A stretch of 64,000 nucleotides of DNA, taken from Alphaproteobacteria bacterium (lineage in GTDB: Bacteria; Pseudomonadota; Alphaproteobacteria; SHVW01). The stretch's first letter is position 1. Every line of letters begins with the position of its first letter. The translations under genes and the position numbers were made by a program. This document shows positions 9,484 to 21,442 of the stretch, piece by piece. The stretch is taken from assembly GCA_016869645.1 (NCBI GenBank), contig VGDO01000003.1, forward strand, positions 14,875 through 78,874. The letters run 5' to 3'. The notes below the pieces were generated by a model. It was not told the DNA's origin, ran no database searches, and worked only from the letters and a program-made list of their open reading frames with translations.

Positions 9484-11091
9484 ATGATTACACGAAGCGC
9501 ATTGCTGACGACGGCCATCGCCGCGGCGATCGCCGCCTTGACCGCGGCGCCCGTCGCGGCGGAAAGCCCCAAGCGAGGCGGCACGCTGACCTACATGATC
9601 CCGGCGGACGCGCCGCCGAGCTTCGACGGCCACCGCGAGACGACCTTCGCCACCGCGCACGCCGTGTCGCCCTTCTATAGCGTGTTGATCCGGGTCAACC
9701 CGAACAATCCAGCATCGCCGACCGACTTCGTGTGCGACCTGTGCACGGAAATGCCGAAGCCGACCGACGGCGGCAAGCTCTACACCTTCAAGATTCGTCA
9801 AGGCGTCAAGTTCCACGACGGCTCGCCGCTGACCTCAGCCGACGTGGTCGCGAGCTGGCAGAAGATCATCAGCCCGAAGCCAGGCGTGACCAGCGCGCGC
9901 GCCAGCTACTTCAACATGGTCGAGTCGGTCACGGCGCCTGATGCGACGACGGTCGTGTTCAAGCTCAAGACCCCGTCGCCTGCATTCGTACCGGCGCTCG
10001 CGGATCCTTTCGCCTACATCTACAAGAAGGAGATCCTCGACAAGGATCCGCACTGGTTCGAGAAGAACGTCATGGGGTCCGGCCCGTTCAAGCTGACCTC
10101 CTATGACGTCGGCCAGTCGATCAAGGGCGAACGTTTCGCCGACTACCACCACAAGGGCCAACCGTACCTCGACGGAATTGTCGGCATCTTCGCCGCCAAG
10201 GAGTCCGTCCGGGTCGCGGCCCTTCGCGCCGACCGCGCCGCCGCCGAGTTCCGCGGCCATCCGCCCTCGGCGCGCGACGAACTGGTCAAGGAGCTGGGCG
10301 ACAAAGTCACGGTTCAGCAGAGCAATTGGAACTGCGTCCTGCTGATCACGCCCAACCAGAAGAAGAAGCCGTTCGACGACGTCCGCGTCCGCCGCGCGCT
10401 CGCGCTCGCCATCGACAATTGGAACGGCGCACCGGCGCTGTCCAAGATCGCCATTGTCAACACGGTGGGCGGCGTCGTCTTCCCCGGCTCGCCCTTGGCC
10501 GCCACCAAAGAGGAGCTGCAGAAGCTGGTCGGCTATTGGCCGGACATCAACAAGTCCCGCGCCGAAGCCAAGAAGCTGCTGCAGGAAGCGGGCGTACCCA
10601 ACTACAAGTTCGAGCTGATGAACCGCAACGTCGACCAGCCATACAAGTTCGTCGCGACCTGGCTGATCGACGAGTGGAGCAAGGCCGGCATGCAGGTGAC
10701 GCAGCGCGTGCTGCCGACCGGACCGTTCTATGACGGTCTGCGCAACGGCACGTTCGACGTCAGCCTCGACTTCAATTGCCAGAGCGTGGTGAACCCGCTG
10801 CTCGATGTCGGCAAGTTCCTGCCGAGGTCGGTCTATGCCGAGAACTACGGCGGCTACGAGGACAAGAAGGTCATCGATCTCTACAATGCGATGCAGACCG
10901 AGACCGATCCCGCCAAGTTGCGCCAGAAAATGCGCGACTTCGAGACCTATGTGCTCGACACCCAGGTGCACATGATCATGACGCCCTGGTGGAACCGCAT
11001 CCTGGCTCTCCGGTCCTACATGAAAGGCTGGAAGATCAGCCCCAGCCACTATCAGAACCAGGATCTGGCCAACGTATGGCTGGATAAGTAG
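9484..11091 (+). CDS. ABC substrate-binding protein, family 5
   Basis: Signal peptide; YTFKIRQGVKFHDG, GSGPF and PFDDVRVRRAL motifs. Confidence 0.93.
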   Translation: MITRSALLTTAIAAAIAALTAAPVAAESPKRGGTLTYMIPADAPPSFDGHRETTFATAHAVSPFYSVLIRVNPNNPASPTDFVCDLCTEMPKPTDGGKLYTFKIRQGVKFHDGSPLTSADVVASWQKIISPKPGVTSARASYFNMVESVTAPDATTVVFKLKTPSPAFVPALADPFAYIYKKEILDKDPHWFEKNVMGSGPFKLTSYDVGQSIKGERFADYHHKGQPYLDGIVGIFAAKESVRVAALRADRAAAEFRGHPPSARDELVKELGDKVTVQQSNWNCVLLITPNQKKKPFDDVRVRRALALAIDNWNGAPALSKIAIVNTVGGVVFPGSPLAATKEELQKLVGYWPDINKSRAEAKKLLQEAGVPNYKFELMNRNVDQPYKFVATWLIDEWSKAGMQVTQRVLPTGPFYDGLRNGTFDVSLDFNCQSVVNPLLDVGKFLPRSVYAENYGGYEDKKVIDLYNAMQTETDPAKLRQKMRDFETYVLDTQVHMIMTPWWNRILALRSYMKGWKISPSHYQNQDLANVWLDK

Positions 11092-11101
11092 CAAGCCCGG
11101 C

Positions 11102-11134
11102 GCGGCGCCCGCCTCTGTCGGAGGCGGGCGCCGC
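11102..11134 (+). terminator. Intercistronic 14-bp GC stem-loop after the SBP gene (mRNA-stabilising or attenuating hairpin)
   Basis: GCGGCGCCCGCCTC-tgtcg-GAGGCGGGCGCCGC is a perfect stem with no U-tail. Confidence 0.65.
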
Positions 11135-11147
11135 AGGGTCGCACGAC

Positions 11148-12119
11148 ATGTACAAGTACATCGTCAGCAGGCTGCTGCTTGCCGTCCCGACGCTGCTCGG
11201 GGCGGCGGGGCTGGTGTTCATGCTCATGCGCATGATCCCCGGCGACATCTGCGTCGTCCGGTTGGGCTCGGGCGGCGGCGTGGTCGATCCGCGCGCTGTC
11301 GCGTCGTGTCACATGCAGCTCGGTCTCGATCGCCCCATGTACATGCAGTTCCTGGATTTCGCCTTCGGCCTGTTCAAACTAGACTTCGGCGTCTCCATGT
11401 GGTCGGGCAAACCGGTCATCGACGAGATCGCCTCGCGTCTGGCTATCTCGCTCGAGATCGCGCTCATCGCCACCGTGGTAGCGATCCTGCTCGCGATCCC
11501 GCTCGGCACGATTTCGGCCCTCAAGCAGAACAGCTGGATCGACCATATCGTGCGCATCGTGGCGATCGCCGGCATCGCCACCCCGTCTTTCTGGCTCGGC
11601 ATCGTGTCGATTCTGATCGTGCTCGACGTATCGCACGCGTTGTTCGGCAATCCGTGGATGCCGCCCATCGACTATGTGCCGCTCTGGCAGGACCCCGTGC
11701 GCAACCTGTCCATGGTGCTGCTGCCGGCGATCACCGTCGGCTATCGCTATTCCGCCGTGACGATGCGCATGACGCGATCGGCCATGCTGGAGGTGCTGCG
11801 CGAGGATTACATCAGGACGGCGCGCGCCAAGGGCCTGATGGAGCAGCTCGTAGTCAACCGCCACGCGCTCAAGAACGCGTTGCTGCCGGTCGTGACACTG
11901 ATCGGCATCGAGTTCGCCTTCCTTATCGGCGGCCTGGTCGTCACCGAGCAGGTGTTCAACCTGAATGGCATCGGACGCCTGTTCGTGCTCGCCGTTCAAA
12001 ACCAGGACTACACGCTGACCCAGGCGCTCGTCATGCTGACCGTCATCATCTTCGTCGTCGCGAACCTGATCGTCGACGTGCTCTACGCGTGGCTCGACCC
12101 GCGCATCCGATTCGCGTGA
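11148..12119 (+). CDS. Peptide ABC permease (OppB/DppB-like)
   Basis: EDYIRTARAKG EAA-type motif, HALKNA and DPRIR C-terminus. Confidence 0.93.
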   Translation: MYKYIVSRLLLAVPTLLGAAGLVFMLMRMIPGDICVVRLGSGGGVVDPRAVASCHMQLGLDRPMYMQFLDFAFGLFKLDFGVSMWSGKPVIDEIASRLAISLEIALIATVVAILLAIPLGTISALKQNSWIDHIVRIVAIAGIATPSFWLGIVSILIVLDVSHALFGNPWMPPIDYVPLWQDPVRNLSMVLLPAITVGYRYSAVTMRMTRSAMLEVLREDYIRTARAKGLMEQLVVNRHALKNALLPVVTLIGIEFAFLIGGLVVTEQVFNLNGIGRLFVLAVQNQDYTLTQALVMLTVIIFVVANLIVDVLYAWLDPRIRFA

Positions 12120-12125
12120 GGCATC

Positions 12126-13037
12126 ATGACAGTCGCCAGTCCCGCCGAGATCGCACGCAGCGCCGACGTCGAGGAGGGGCCCGAGCTGCGGCGCACCGCG
12201 TGGCAATCGGCGCTGCTCTTCTGCCAGCGCCAGCCGCTCGGCACCGTGGGCATGGTGATCATGATCATCATGATCGCCGCCGGCCTGTCAGCCGAATGGA
12301 TCTCGCCCTACAACCCGACTCGCAACGACTTCACAGCCATGACCCAGGCGCCAAGCTGGGCGCACCTGCTCGGCACCGACCAGTTCGGCCGCGATCTGCT
12401 GTCGCGCATCATCCATGGCGCGCGCACCGCGCTGATCGTCGGCTTCACCTCGGCCCTGGTCGGCGGCTTCGCCGGACTTGTTCTCGGCGTTTCCAGCGCT
12501 TATTTCGGCGGCCGCTTCGACCTGATCCTGCAGCGCGTGCTCGACGTCCTGATGGCGTTTCCGCTGATCATCATGGCGCTGGCCGTGGTCGCCATCTTCG
12601 GCACCGGCGTGCAGAACGTGATCATCGCCATCACCATCCCGCTGATCCCGCGTTGCGCGCGCGTGGTCCGCTCGAGCGCGCTGGTGATCCGCGAAGTGCC
12701 CTATATCGACGCCGCTCGCGCCTGCGGCTTCAACCACGCGCGCATCATCTTCCGCCACATGATCCCGAACGTGGTGGCGCCCTTCCTGATCATGCTGACC
12801 GCGTTCGCCGGCCAGGCGATCCTGGCCGAGGCCTCGCTCTCCTATCTCGGCCTCGGCGTCCAGGAGCCGGTCCCCGCCTGGGGCCTGATGCTCCAGGGTG
12901 GCGCCGAGGAGTACGCCTCGACTGCGCCCTGGATCGCGATCTTCCCCGGCGTTGCCATCGCGCTGACGGTGTTCGGCTTCAGCCTGTTCGGCGACGCGCT
13001 GCGCGACGCGCTCGACCCCAAGATGCGCGACCGCTGA
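12126..13037 (+). CDS. Peptide ABC permease (OppC/DppC-like)
   Basis: LGTDQFGRD, YIDAARACG, LSYLGLG and GDALRDALDP motifs. Confidence 0.93.
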   Translation: MTVASPAEIARSADVEEGPELRRTAWQSALLFCQRQPLGTVGMVIMIIMIAAGLSAEWISPYNPTRNDFTAMTQAPSWAHLLGTDQFGRDLLSRIIHGARTALIVGFTSALVGGFAGLVLGVSSAYFGGRFDLILQRVLDVLMAFPLIIMALAVVAIFGTGVQNVIIAITIPLIPRCARVVRSSALVIREVPYIDAARACGFNHARIIFRHMIPNVVAPFLIMLTAFAGQAILAEASLSYLGLGVQEPVPAWGLMLQGGAEEYASTAPWIAIFPGVAIALTVFGFSLFGDALRDALDPKMRDR

Positions 13038-13101
13038 ACCGGCGCCGCCCGGCTATGAGGGAGAGTTGCACGCCCGGCGCGATTGACTAATCTCGCGGGC
13101 G

Positions 13102-14533
<1,432 letters not shown>

Positions 14534-15444
14534 GACGCCACCCTCCCGCGAACCGGCATCTCGGCCGTGAGGATCGCGCCTGTCTCGGACTCCGTGACGT
14601 AGATCGTGCGTCCTTCGGGTCCGCCATAGGCCAGGTTGGTCGTCAGCCCGGCTCCCGGCGGCTTGACGTGGACGAGCGGCCGACCCACGCGGTCGAACAG
14701 GAACACGCCGAGGCCGAGATGGCAGACCGCAAGGTTGTCGTCCTCGTCGAGCGCGAGCCCGTCGGGTCCGCCGAGGCCGCCCGAGAGCTGGATGAAAATG
14801 CCGACCTTGGACACGCCACCGTCGGCCATGAGCGGCAAGCGCCAGATCGCATTGGCACGCGTGACCGCGACGAGGAGTTGGCTGCCCGCCTTGTTGAGCA
14901 CGAGACCGTTGGGGCTCGGCACCGTGTCGATCAGGCAGTCGAGCCTGCCCCTGGCCGACAGGCGATAGACGCGACCCGTGGGATCGTGCAGGCCGGTCTG
15001 TCCCTGGTCGGTGAAATAGAGGTCGCCGTTCGGCGCGACATGCAGGTCGTTCGGCCCCTTGAAGCCTTCGCTGCGATAGGTCTCGACGAGCGGCGTGACG
15101 CGGCCGCTCCCCGGATCGAGAGCCATGATGCCGCGCTTGTAATCGGCGATCACGAAGCGCCGTCCATCGGGATGCAGCTTCATGCCGTTCGGCCAGCCAT
15201 CGTATTCGGCGATGAGCGACCACGCGCCCGCAGACGAGATGCTGAAGATGCGCCCGAACGGGATATCGACCACGTGGAGATTGCCCGCGCGGTCGAAGCA
15301 TGGGCCCTCGAGAAAGCACCCGACCGCCTGGCCGCCGCGGTTGTAGTCTGCCCACTCGGTGCGCTTGCCGTCGCGTCGGAAACGCTTGGGCATGCGCGTG
15401 AACTCGCGGGCCACGATCTCGCGCGGCGGTGCAAACGACATCAT
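14534..15444 (-). CDS. SMP-30/gluconolactonase family protein; stop obscured by the homopolymer
   Basis: FLEGP, WPNG, FKGPNDL, SPNG, GPDG and TTNLAYGG motifs. Start MMSFAPP at 15444. Confidence 0.88.
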
Positions 15445-15531
15445 GATGCCCCCGGCAGCGTCTGACGGCTGCCAGGATACCGGTGACGTCGGTTCGGCCG
15501 CCAGGGTAGACTGCCGCCCGTTCCCAACCCG

Positions 15532-17199
15532 GTGCACGTCTTGTCGACCACGCGGCCCAACGATTTCGATCCCGTCAGCCTGGAGATCTACTGGAGCCGG
15601 CTGATTTCGATCACCGATGAGTCCGCGGCGGCACTCGTGCGCACCGCTTTCTCGACCATCGTGCGCGAGTCGAACGACTACGCGACCGTGCTGATGGACG
15701 CCAATGGCGACTCCCTCGCCGAGAACACGGCAGGCATCCCCTCCTTCGTTGGCATCCTGCCGCGCACCCTGCGCCACATGTTCGAGCGCATTCCCAAGGA
15801 GAGCTGGCGGCCGGGCGATTGCATCATCACCAACGATCCGTGGATGGCCACCGGCCACCTGCTTGACGTCACCATGGCCTCGCCCATCTTCCACAAGGGC
15901 AAGCTCGTCGCCTTCTCCGGCTCGACGGCGCACCTGCCTGATATCGGCGGCTCGTTGTGGTCGGCCGACTGCCGCGAAGTGTACGAAGAAGGCCTGCGTA
16001 TCCCGCCGGTCAAGTTCCTGCGCGAGGGAAAACCCAACGAGGACGTGTTCGATTTCATCCTGGGCAATGTGCGGGTCGCCGAGCAGGTGCGCGGCGATCT
16101 GTTCGCGCAGGTGTCGGCCCAGCAGGTGTGCGCGCGGCGGCTGAGCGAATTCCTGGATGACACCGGTATCGCCGATCTGGCGCCGCTCTCGGGTGCGTTG
16201 CAGACGCGCGCCGACCGTGCCATGCGTCAGGCCATCGCCGCGCTACCTGACGGGGAATATCGGAGCACCGTGCTGGCTGACGGCTTCGACGAGCACGAGA
16301 CGCGCATCGAGTGCCGCATGATGATCGATGGCGACCGCATGCATATCGACTATACCGGCACTTCGCCCCAGATCCCGCGCGGCATCAACTGCGTGATGAA
16401 CTACACGCATGCGTACACGGTCTATCCGGTCAAATGCGCGATCGACCCGCTGACACCGCGCAACGAAGGCTCCTATCGCTCGATGACGGTCGCGGCACCG
16501 GAGGGCAGCATCCTCAATCCGCGTTATCCCGCCGCCGTTCATGCGCGCCAGCTCACCGGCCACCTGCTCGCCGGCGCCGTCTATGGCTGCCTGGCGCAGG
16601 CGGCACCCGAGAAGGTGATCGCCGAATGCGGCGGCGCGCCGACGACGCGCGCCTTGTTCAGCGGCACGGACAAGGCAGGCCATCGCTTCTCCCAGATCAT
16701 CTTCGCGAGCGGCGGCATGGGGGCCGGTGCAGCAAATGATGGCCTCGGCGCCACGGCCTTTCCGACCAATGTCGGCGCCGGCAGCATCGAGGCCTTCGAA
16801 AGCGCGGCGCCGCTCATCGTCTGGAAGAAGGAGCTGCGTCAGGATTCCGGTGGCGCCGGCCGTCGGCGCGGCGGGCTCGGCCAGGACGTCGTCATCGAAG
16901 TCGCCTCCGACGAGCCGATCCGGCTCTCGGTGCTGGCCGACCGCGTCAGGCATCCGGCACCTGGCATTCTTGGCGGCCAACCCGGTGCGCCGGTCGATGT
17001 CGTGCTGGCCGATGGCACACGGCCGCACCCGAAATCGCGCTCCGCACTCAAGCCCGGCGACAAGCTGACCATCCGCTATGCCGGGGGCGGAGGCTACGGC
17101 GATCCGCGCCAGCGCGAGCCGGCCACCATAGCCGACGACGTGAAGAACGGTTACGTCTCGGCCGAGGCGGCTCGCCGCCTCTACGGCTGGACGGGCTGA
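15532..17199 (+). CDS. Hydantoinase B / 5-oxoprolinase beta-type subunit
   Basis: RTAFSTIVRESND, NDPW..GHLLD, HLPDIGG, YEEG, DSGGAG and GGGGYGDP motifs. Start may be the TTG at 15541. Confidence 0.92.
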   Translation: MHVLSTTRPNDFDPVSLEIYWSRLISITDESAAALVRTAFSTIVRESNDYATVLMDANGDSLAENTAGIPSFVGILPRTLRHMFERIPKESWRPGDCIITNDPWMATGHLLDVTMASPIFHKGKLVAFSGSTAHLPDIGGSLWSADCREVYEEGLRIPPVKFLREGKPNEDVFDFILGNVRVAEQVRGDLFAQVSAQQVCARRLSEFLDDTGIADLAPLSGALQTRADRAMRQAIAALPDGEYRSTVLADGFDEHETRIECRMMIDGDRMHIDYTGTSPQIPRGINCVMNYTHAYTVYPVKCAIDPLTPRNEGSYRSMTVAAPEGSILNPRYPAAVHARQLTGHLLAGAVYGCLAQAAPEKVIAECGGAPTTRALFSGTDKAGHRFSQIIFASGGMGAGAANDGLGATAFPTNVGAGSIEAFESAAPLIVWKKELRQDSGGAGRRRGGLGQDVVIEVASDEPIRLSVLADRVRHPAPGILGGQPGAPVDVVLADGTRPHPKSRSALKPGDKLTIRYAGGGGYGDPRQREPATIADDVKNGYVSAEAARRLYGWTG

Positions 17200-17202
17200 G
17201 CG

Positions 17203-19284
17203 ATGAGCGCACGCGTTCGCGTCGGAGTCGACGTCGGCGGGACCTTCACGGATTTCGTGCTGGTCGACGAGGCGCGCGACCTGATCTTCACGGGCAAGCG
17301 CCTGACCACCTCACGCGATCCGAGCGACGCCATCATCGCCGGCACGGAGCGCCTGCTGCGCGAGGCAGGCCGGGCGATCGTCGAGCTCGACAGCGTCGTC
17401 CACGGCACCACGCTGGTGACCAACGCCGTCATCGAGCGCAAGGGCGCCAAGGTCGGCCTCGTCACGACCCAGGGCTTCCGCGACATCCTCGAGATGGGCA
17501 ACGAGACGCGCTACGACCTCTATGATCTGGCGCTCGAGCGTCCGGCCGCGATCGTGCCGCGCCATCTGCGCCACGAAGTGAGCGAGCGGATCAACGCCGG
17601 CGGCGAGCGGCTCCTGCCGCTCGACGAAGCTGGGCTGCGCCAGGTTGCCCGCGCGCTGGCGCGCGACCGGATCGAAGCGATCGCGGTCTGCTTCATGCAC
17701 GCCTACCGCAATCCCGTCCACGAGCGTCGCGCGCGCGAAATCCTGAACGAGGAGCTGCCCGGCATTCCCGTGAGCATTTCGGCCGAGATCGCTCCGGAGA
17801 TCCGCGAATACGAGCGCACGAGCACGACCTGCGCCAACGCCTTTGTGCAGCCGCTCATGCAGCGCTATCTCGGGCGACTCGCCGACCGGCTGGGCGGCAT
17901 GGGCCACAAGGGCACGATCTATCTCATGCTTTCGGCAGGCGGCATCACGACGGTACGCGCCGCACGCGAGGCGCCGATCCAGCTCATCGAATCCGGGCCC
18001 GCGGCGGGAGCCATGGCGGCCGCCTATTACGGCGGCCTGACGGAGACACCGGGTCTCATCTCCTTCGATATGGGCGGCACCACCGCCAAGATGTGCTTGG
18101 TCGAGGGCGGTCAGCCCGCGCGCGCGCATGCGCTCGAGGCGGGGCGCATCCGCCGCTTCAAGAAGGGTTCGGGCCTGCCGCTCAAGCTGCCGGTCGTCGA
18201 CTTGATCGAGATCGGTGCCGGCGGCGGGTCCCAGGCCTGGATCGATGCGATGGGACTGCTCAAGGTCGGGCCGCACAGCGCCGGCGCCGAGCCGGGTCCC
18301 GTGTGCTACGGACGCGGCGGCACGAAGCCGACCGTGACCGATGCGGACCTGCTGCTGGGATATCTGTCGCCCGACTATTTTCTCGGCGGCGAGATGCAGC
18401 TCGACCGCCAGGCCGTCGAGCGCGCGATCGACGAACAGATCGCGCAGCCGCTCGGCATGAGCGTGCTTGACGCCGCGATCGGCATCCACAGTGTCGTCAA
18501 CGAGAACATGGCGCAGGCGACGCGCATGTACATCGCCGAAAAGGGCAAGGACCCACGGCGCTTCGCCATGATGGCCTTCGGCGGGGCCGGGCCGGTGCAT
18601 GCCTATGGCCTCGCGCAGATCCTCAAGGTCAGCCGGATCATCTGCCCCTTTGGCGCGGGCGTGACATCGGCGCTGGGCTTCCTCGTTGCACCGCCGGCGA
18701 TCGACCTCGTGCGCAGTTACGTGACACATCTCGACAGTGTCGACTGGGCGGCGGTCGCGAAGCTGTATGCCGAAATGGAGCGCGAAGCGCGAGCGCTGAT
18801 CGCCGAGACTGGCGCGGATCCGGCAGCGATCACGATCCGGCGCAGCGCCGACATGCGCTATGTCGGCCAGGGATTCGATGTCGACGTCGAACTGCCCGAT
18901 GGCATCTACACAAGGCCGAGCGCCACCGATTTCCAGCAGCGCTTCTTCGCGACCTATCGACGCCTGTTCGACCGCTGGGTCGACGGCGTGCCGGTCGAGG
19001 TGACGAGCTGGCGCCTGTCGGCCTCGGCGCCCGCGCCAACGGTATCGCTCAACTTCGGCGGCCACTCGGCGCCGACCGGCGCCGCGCGCAAGGGCGAGCG
19101 GCCGGTCTGGTTCGCACGGACGGGTCTCGGCCCCTGCGCCGTCTATGACCGCTACGGCCTGGCGCCGGGCGCGAGCTTTGCCGGCCCGGCTGTGGTCGAG
19201 GAACGCGAATCGACCGTGGTGGCCGGCCCCGATACGCGCGTCACGGTCGATGCTCACCGCAACCTGATCATCGACATCGGCTGA
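17203..19284 (+). CDS. Hydantoinase A / 5-oxoprolinase ATP-binding subunit
   Basis: GVDVGGTFTD, HGTT, ESGPAAG, DMGGTT, IGAGGGS, PTVTDAD and FGGAGP motifs. Confidence 0.93.
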   Translation: MSARVRVGVDVGGTFTDFVLVDEARDLIFTGKRLTTSRDPSDAIIAGTERLLREAGRAIVELDSVVHGTTLVTNAVIERKGAKVGLVTTQGFRDILEMGNETRYDLYDLALERPAAIVPRHLRHEVSERINAGGERLLPLDEAGLRQVARALARDRIEAIAVCFMHAYRNPVHERRAREILNEELPGIPVSISAEIAPEIREYERTSTTCANAFVQPLMQRYLGRLADRLGGMGHKGTIYLMLSAGGITTVRAAREAPIQLIESGPAAGAMAAAYYGGLTETPGLISFDMGGTTAKMCLVEGGQPARAHALEAGRIRRFKKGSGLPLKLPVVDLIEIGAGGGSQAWIDAMGLLKVGPHSAGAEPGPVCYGRGGTKPTVTDADLLLGYLSPDYFLGGEMQLDRQAVERAIDEQIAQPLGMSVLDAAIGIHSVVNENMAQATRMYIAEKGKDPRRFAMMAFGGAGPVHAYGLAQILKVSRIICPFGAGVTSALGFLVAPPAIDLVRSYVTHLDSVDWAAVAKLYAEMEREARALIAETGADPAAITIRRSADMRYVGQGFDVDVELPDGIYTRPSATDFQQRFFATYRRLFDRWVDGVPVEVTSWRLSASAPAPTVSLNFGGHSAPTGAARKGERPVWFARTGLGPCAVYDRYGLAPGASFAGPAVVEERESTVVAGPDTRVTVDAHRNLIIDIG

Positions 19285-19285
19285 G

Positions 19286-20350
19286 ATGGCCCACTACAAG
19301 CTCGGCGTCATGAATGGTGACGGCATCGGACCGGAGATCGTCGCGTCGTCCGTCGAGGTGCTGCGCGCCGCCGCCAAGTCCAACGAACTGTCGATCGAGC
19401 TCGTCCCGCTCGCCATGGGCTGGGAGGCGATCCGCGCCGGCCGGCCAGCCCTGCCACCGGAGACCATTGCGGAGCTGGAGGGCGTCGACGGCTGGATCAT
19501 GGGCCCGCACGATTCCGCCTCCTATCCCGAAGCCGAGCGCACGCGGCTCAATCCGAGCGGCGATCTGCGCATCCGCTTCGAACTTTACGCCAATATCCGG
19601 CCGGCGCGCGCGCTCAAGGGCATTCCCGCGCTGTCGCCCAACATGGATCTGGTGATCGCGCGCGAAAACACCGAAGGCTTCTACAGCGACCGCAACATGG
19701 CCCAGGGCAGCGGCGAGCTGGTGCCGAGCCGCGACATGGTGCTGACGGTCGGCAAGTTCACGAGGCATGCCGCCGAACGCATCGCGCGCGTCGGCTTCGC
19801 GCTTGCGCTGCAGCGGCGCAAGCGCGTCGCGATCGTCCACAAGATGAACGTTCTGCGCAACGCCTATGGCCTCTTCGTCGAGACCTGCCGCGCGGTCGGC
19901 AGGGACTTTCCCGGGGTCGCCGTCGAGAGCGTGCACATCGACGCCATGGCGGCTTTGCTCGTCCGCCGCGGCACCGACTATGACGTGATCATCACCACCA
20001 ACATGTTCGGCGACATCCTGTCCGACTTGGCAGCCGAGCTCAGCGGAAGCCTCGGCCTCGCCCCTTCGATCAACGCCGGCGACCGCCATGTGATGGCCCA
20101 GGCAGCCCACGGCTCGGCGCCCGATATCGCGGGCCAGAGCGTGGCCAACCCATTGGGCATGATCCTGTCGACCGCGATGTTGCTGAACCACCTGGGTCAG
20201 CAGCGCCATGATGCATCGGCACGGGCGGTTGCCGCCTCGATCGACAAAGCCGTTGCCGCGGCCGTCGCGTCGGGCACGCGCACGCGCGACCTCGGTGGCA
20301 CGGCCAGCACCAAAGACATGACTGCGGCCATCATTCGCGTGCTGCGTTAG
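19286..20350 (+). CDS. Isocitrate/isopropylmalate/tartrate dehydrogenase family (beta-decarboxylating dehydrogenase)
   Basis: GDGIGPEI, ANIRP, RENTEG, NMFGDILSD and HGSAPDIAG motifs. Confidence 0.92.
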   Translation: MAHYKLGVMNGDGIGPEIVASSVEVLRAAAKSNELSIELVPLAMGWEAIRAGRPALPPETIAELEGVDGWIMGPHDSASYPEAERTRLNPSGDLRIRFELYANIRPARALKGIPALSPNMDLVIARENTEGFYSDRNMAQGSGELVPSRDMVLTVGKFTRHAAERIARVGFALALQRRKRVAIVHKMNVLRNAYGLFVETCRAVGRDFPGVAVESVHIDAMAALLVRRGTDYDVIITTNMFGDILSDLAAELSGSLGLAPSINAGDRHVMAQAAHGSAPDIAGQSVANPLGMILSTAMLLNHLGQQRHDASARAVAASIDKAVAAAVASGTRTRDLGGTASTKDMTAAIIRVLR

Positions 20351-20359
20351 GAGGACCTC

Positions 20360-21121
20360 ATGCGTTTCAAGGACAAGGTCGCGCTCGTCACCGGCGCGGC
20401 CCAGGGCATCGGTTTCGGCTGCGCCAAGCGCTTCGCCGAGGAGGGCGCGCAGGTTGCGCTCGTCGACCTCAACGAGGAGGTCGGCCGGAAATCCGCTGCG
20501 ACTCTGCCGGGCTCGGCCTTCTTGCGCTGCGATGCCGGCATCAAGGCCGAGGTCGATCGCACCATCGCGGCCACCATCGAGCGCTTCGGACGGATCGACG
20601 TGGTGGTCAACAATGCCGGCATCGTCAGGCCGAAGCCCCTCTTGGAGATGGCCGAAGAGGATTTCGATCTGGTCATCCGGACCAATTTGAAATCCACCTT
20701 TCTGTTCACCCAGGGTGCCGCGCGCCACATGATCGAGCGCGGCATCAAAGGTGCCTTCGTCAACATGTCCTCGACCAGCACGACCATCACCATGCCGACT
20801 CATACGGCATACGCCTCCTCCAAAGGCGGCATCTCCTCCATGACCAAGGCCGTGTCCCTGGCGCTGGCGCCGCACGGCATCCGGGTCAACGCCATCGGGC
20901 CGGGCACCATCGAGACCGACATGACCGCGCGGCTGCTCAACGACCCGAAGTCGCGCAGCAACATCCTGTCGCGCACGCCGCTTGGCCGCTTCGGCACCAC
21001 TGGCGACGTCGCTGCCGTCGCAGCCTTCCTGGCGAGCGAGGATGCCGCCTATCTCACGGGCCAGACCATCTACCTCGAAGGCGGACGGATGGGGCTTAAC
21101 TATGTAATGCCGGTAGCCTGA
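20360..21121 (+). CDS. Short-chain dehydrogenase/reductase (classical SDR)
   Basis: TGAAQGIG, NNAG, YASSK and IRVNAIGPG motifs. Confidence 0.92.
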   Translation: MRFKDKVALVTGAAQGIGFGCAKRFAEEGAQVALVDLNEEVGRKSAATLPGSAFLRCDAGIKAEVDRTIAATIERFGRIDVVVNNAGIVRPKPLLEMAEEDFDLVIRTNLKSTFLFTQGAARHMIERGIKGAFVNMSSTSTTITMPTHTAYASSKGGISSMTKAVSLALAPHGIRVNAIGPGTIETDMTARLLNDPKSRSNILSRTPLGRFGTTGDVAAVAAFLASEDAAYLTGQTIYLEGGRMGLNYVMPVA

Positions 21122-21190
21122 AACTCATTGCTTTATAAGGAAAATCATCAAACTATGTTCCTTGAAGACTGAATTCTTTCTAGGCATGAG

Positions 21191-21442
21191 ATGGCTCTCA
21201 ACATCAAATCCGCCAAAGCCGAGAAATTGGCGCGCGAGTTGGCGAAGCGAACCGGTGAGACGATCACCGACGCGGTAACCATGGCACTTGAGGAGCGTCG
21301 CGATCGCGTTGCGCGCGCACGCCGTGGCAAATCCCTGGCCGACGAACTCGATGAGATCGCCAAACGCTGCGCAGCCCTGCCCGTTCTCGACCCGCGCAGT
21401 CCCGACGAGATCCTGTATGACGAAAACGGACTGCCGCGCTGA
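21191..21442 (+). CDS. vapB: Type II TA antitoxin, VapB family
   Basis: 83 aa, MALNIK...LARELAKRTGETITDAV...YDENGLP; TGATG coupling to a PIN-domain gene. Confidence 0.88.
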   Translation: MALNIKSAKAEKLARELAKRTGETITDAVTMALEERRDRVARARRGKSLADELDEIAKRCAALPVLDPRSPDEILYDENGLPR

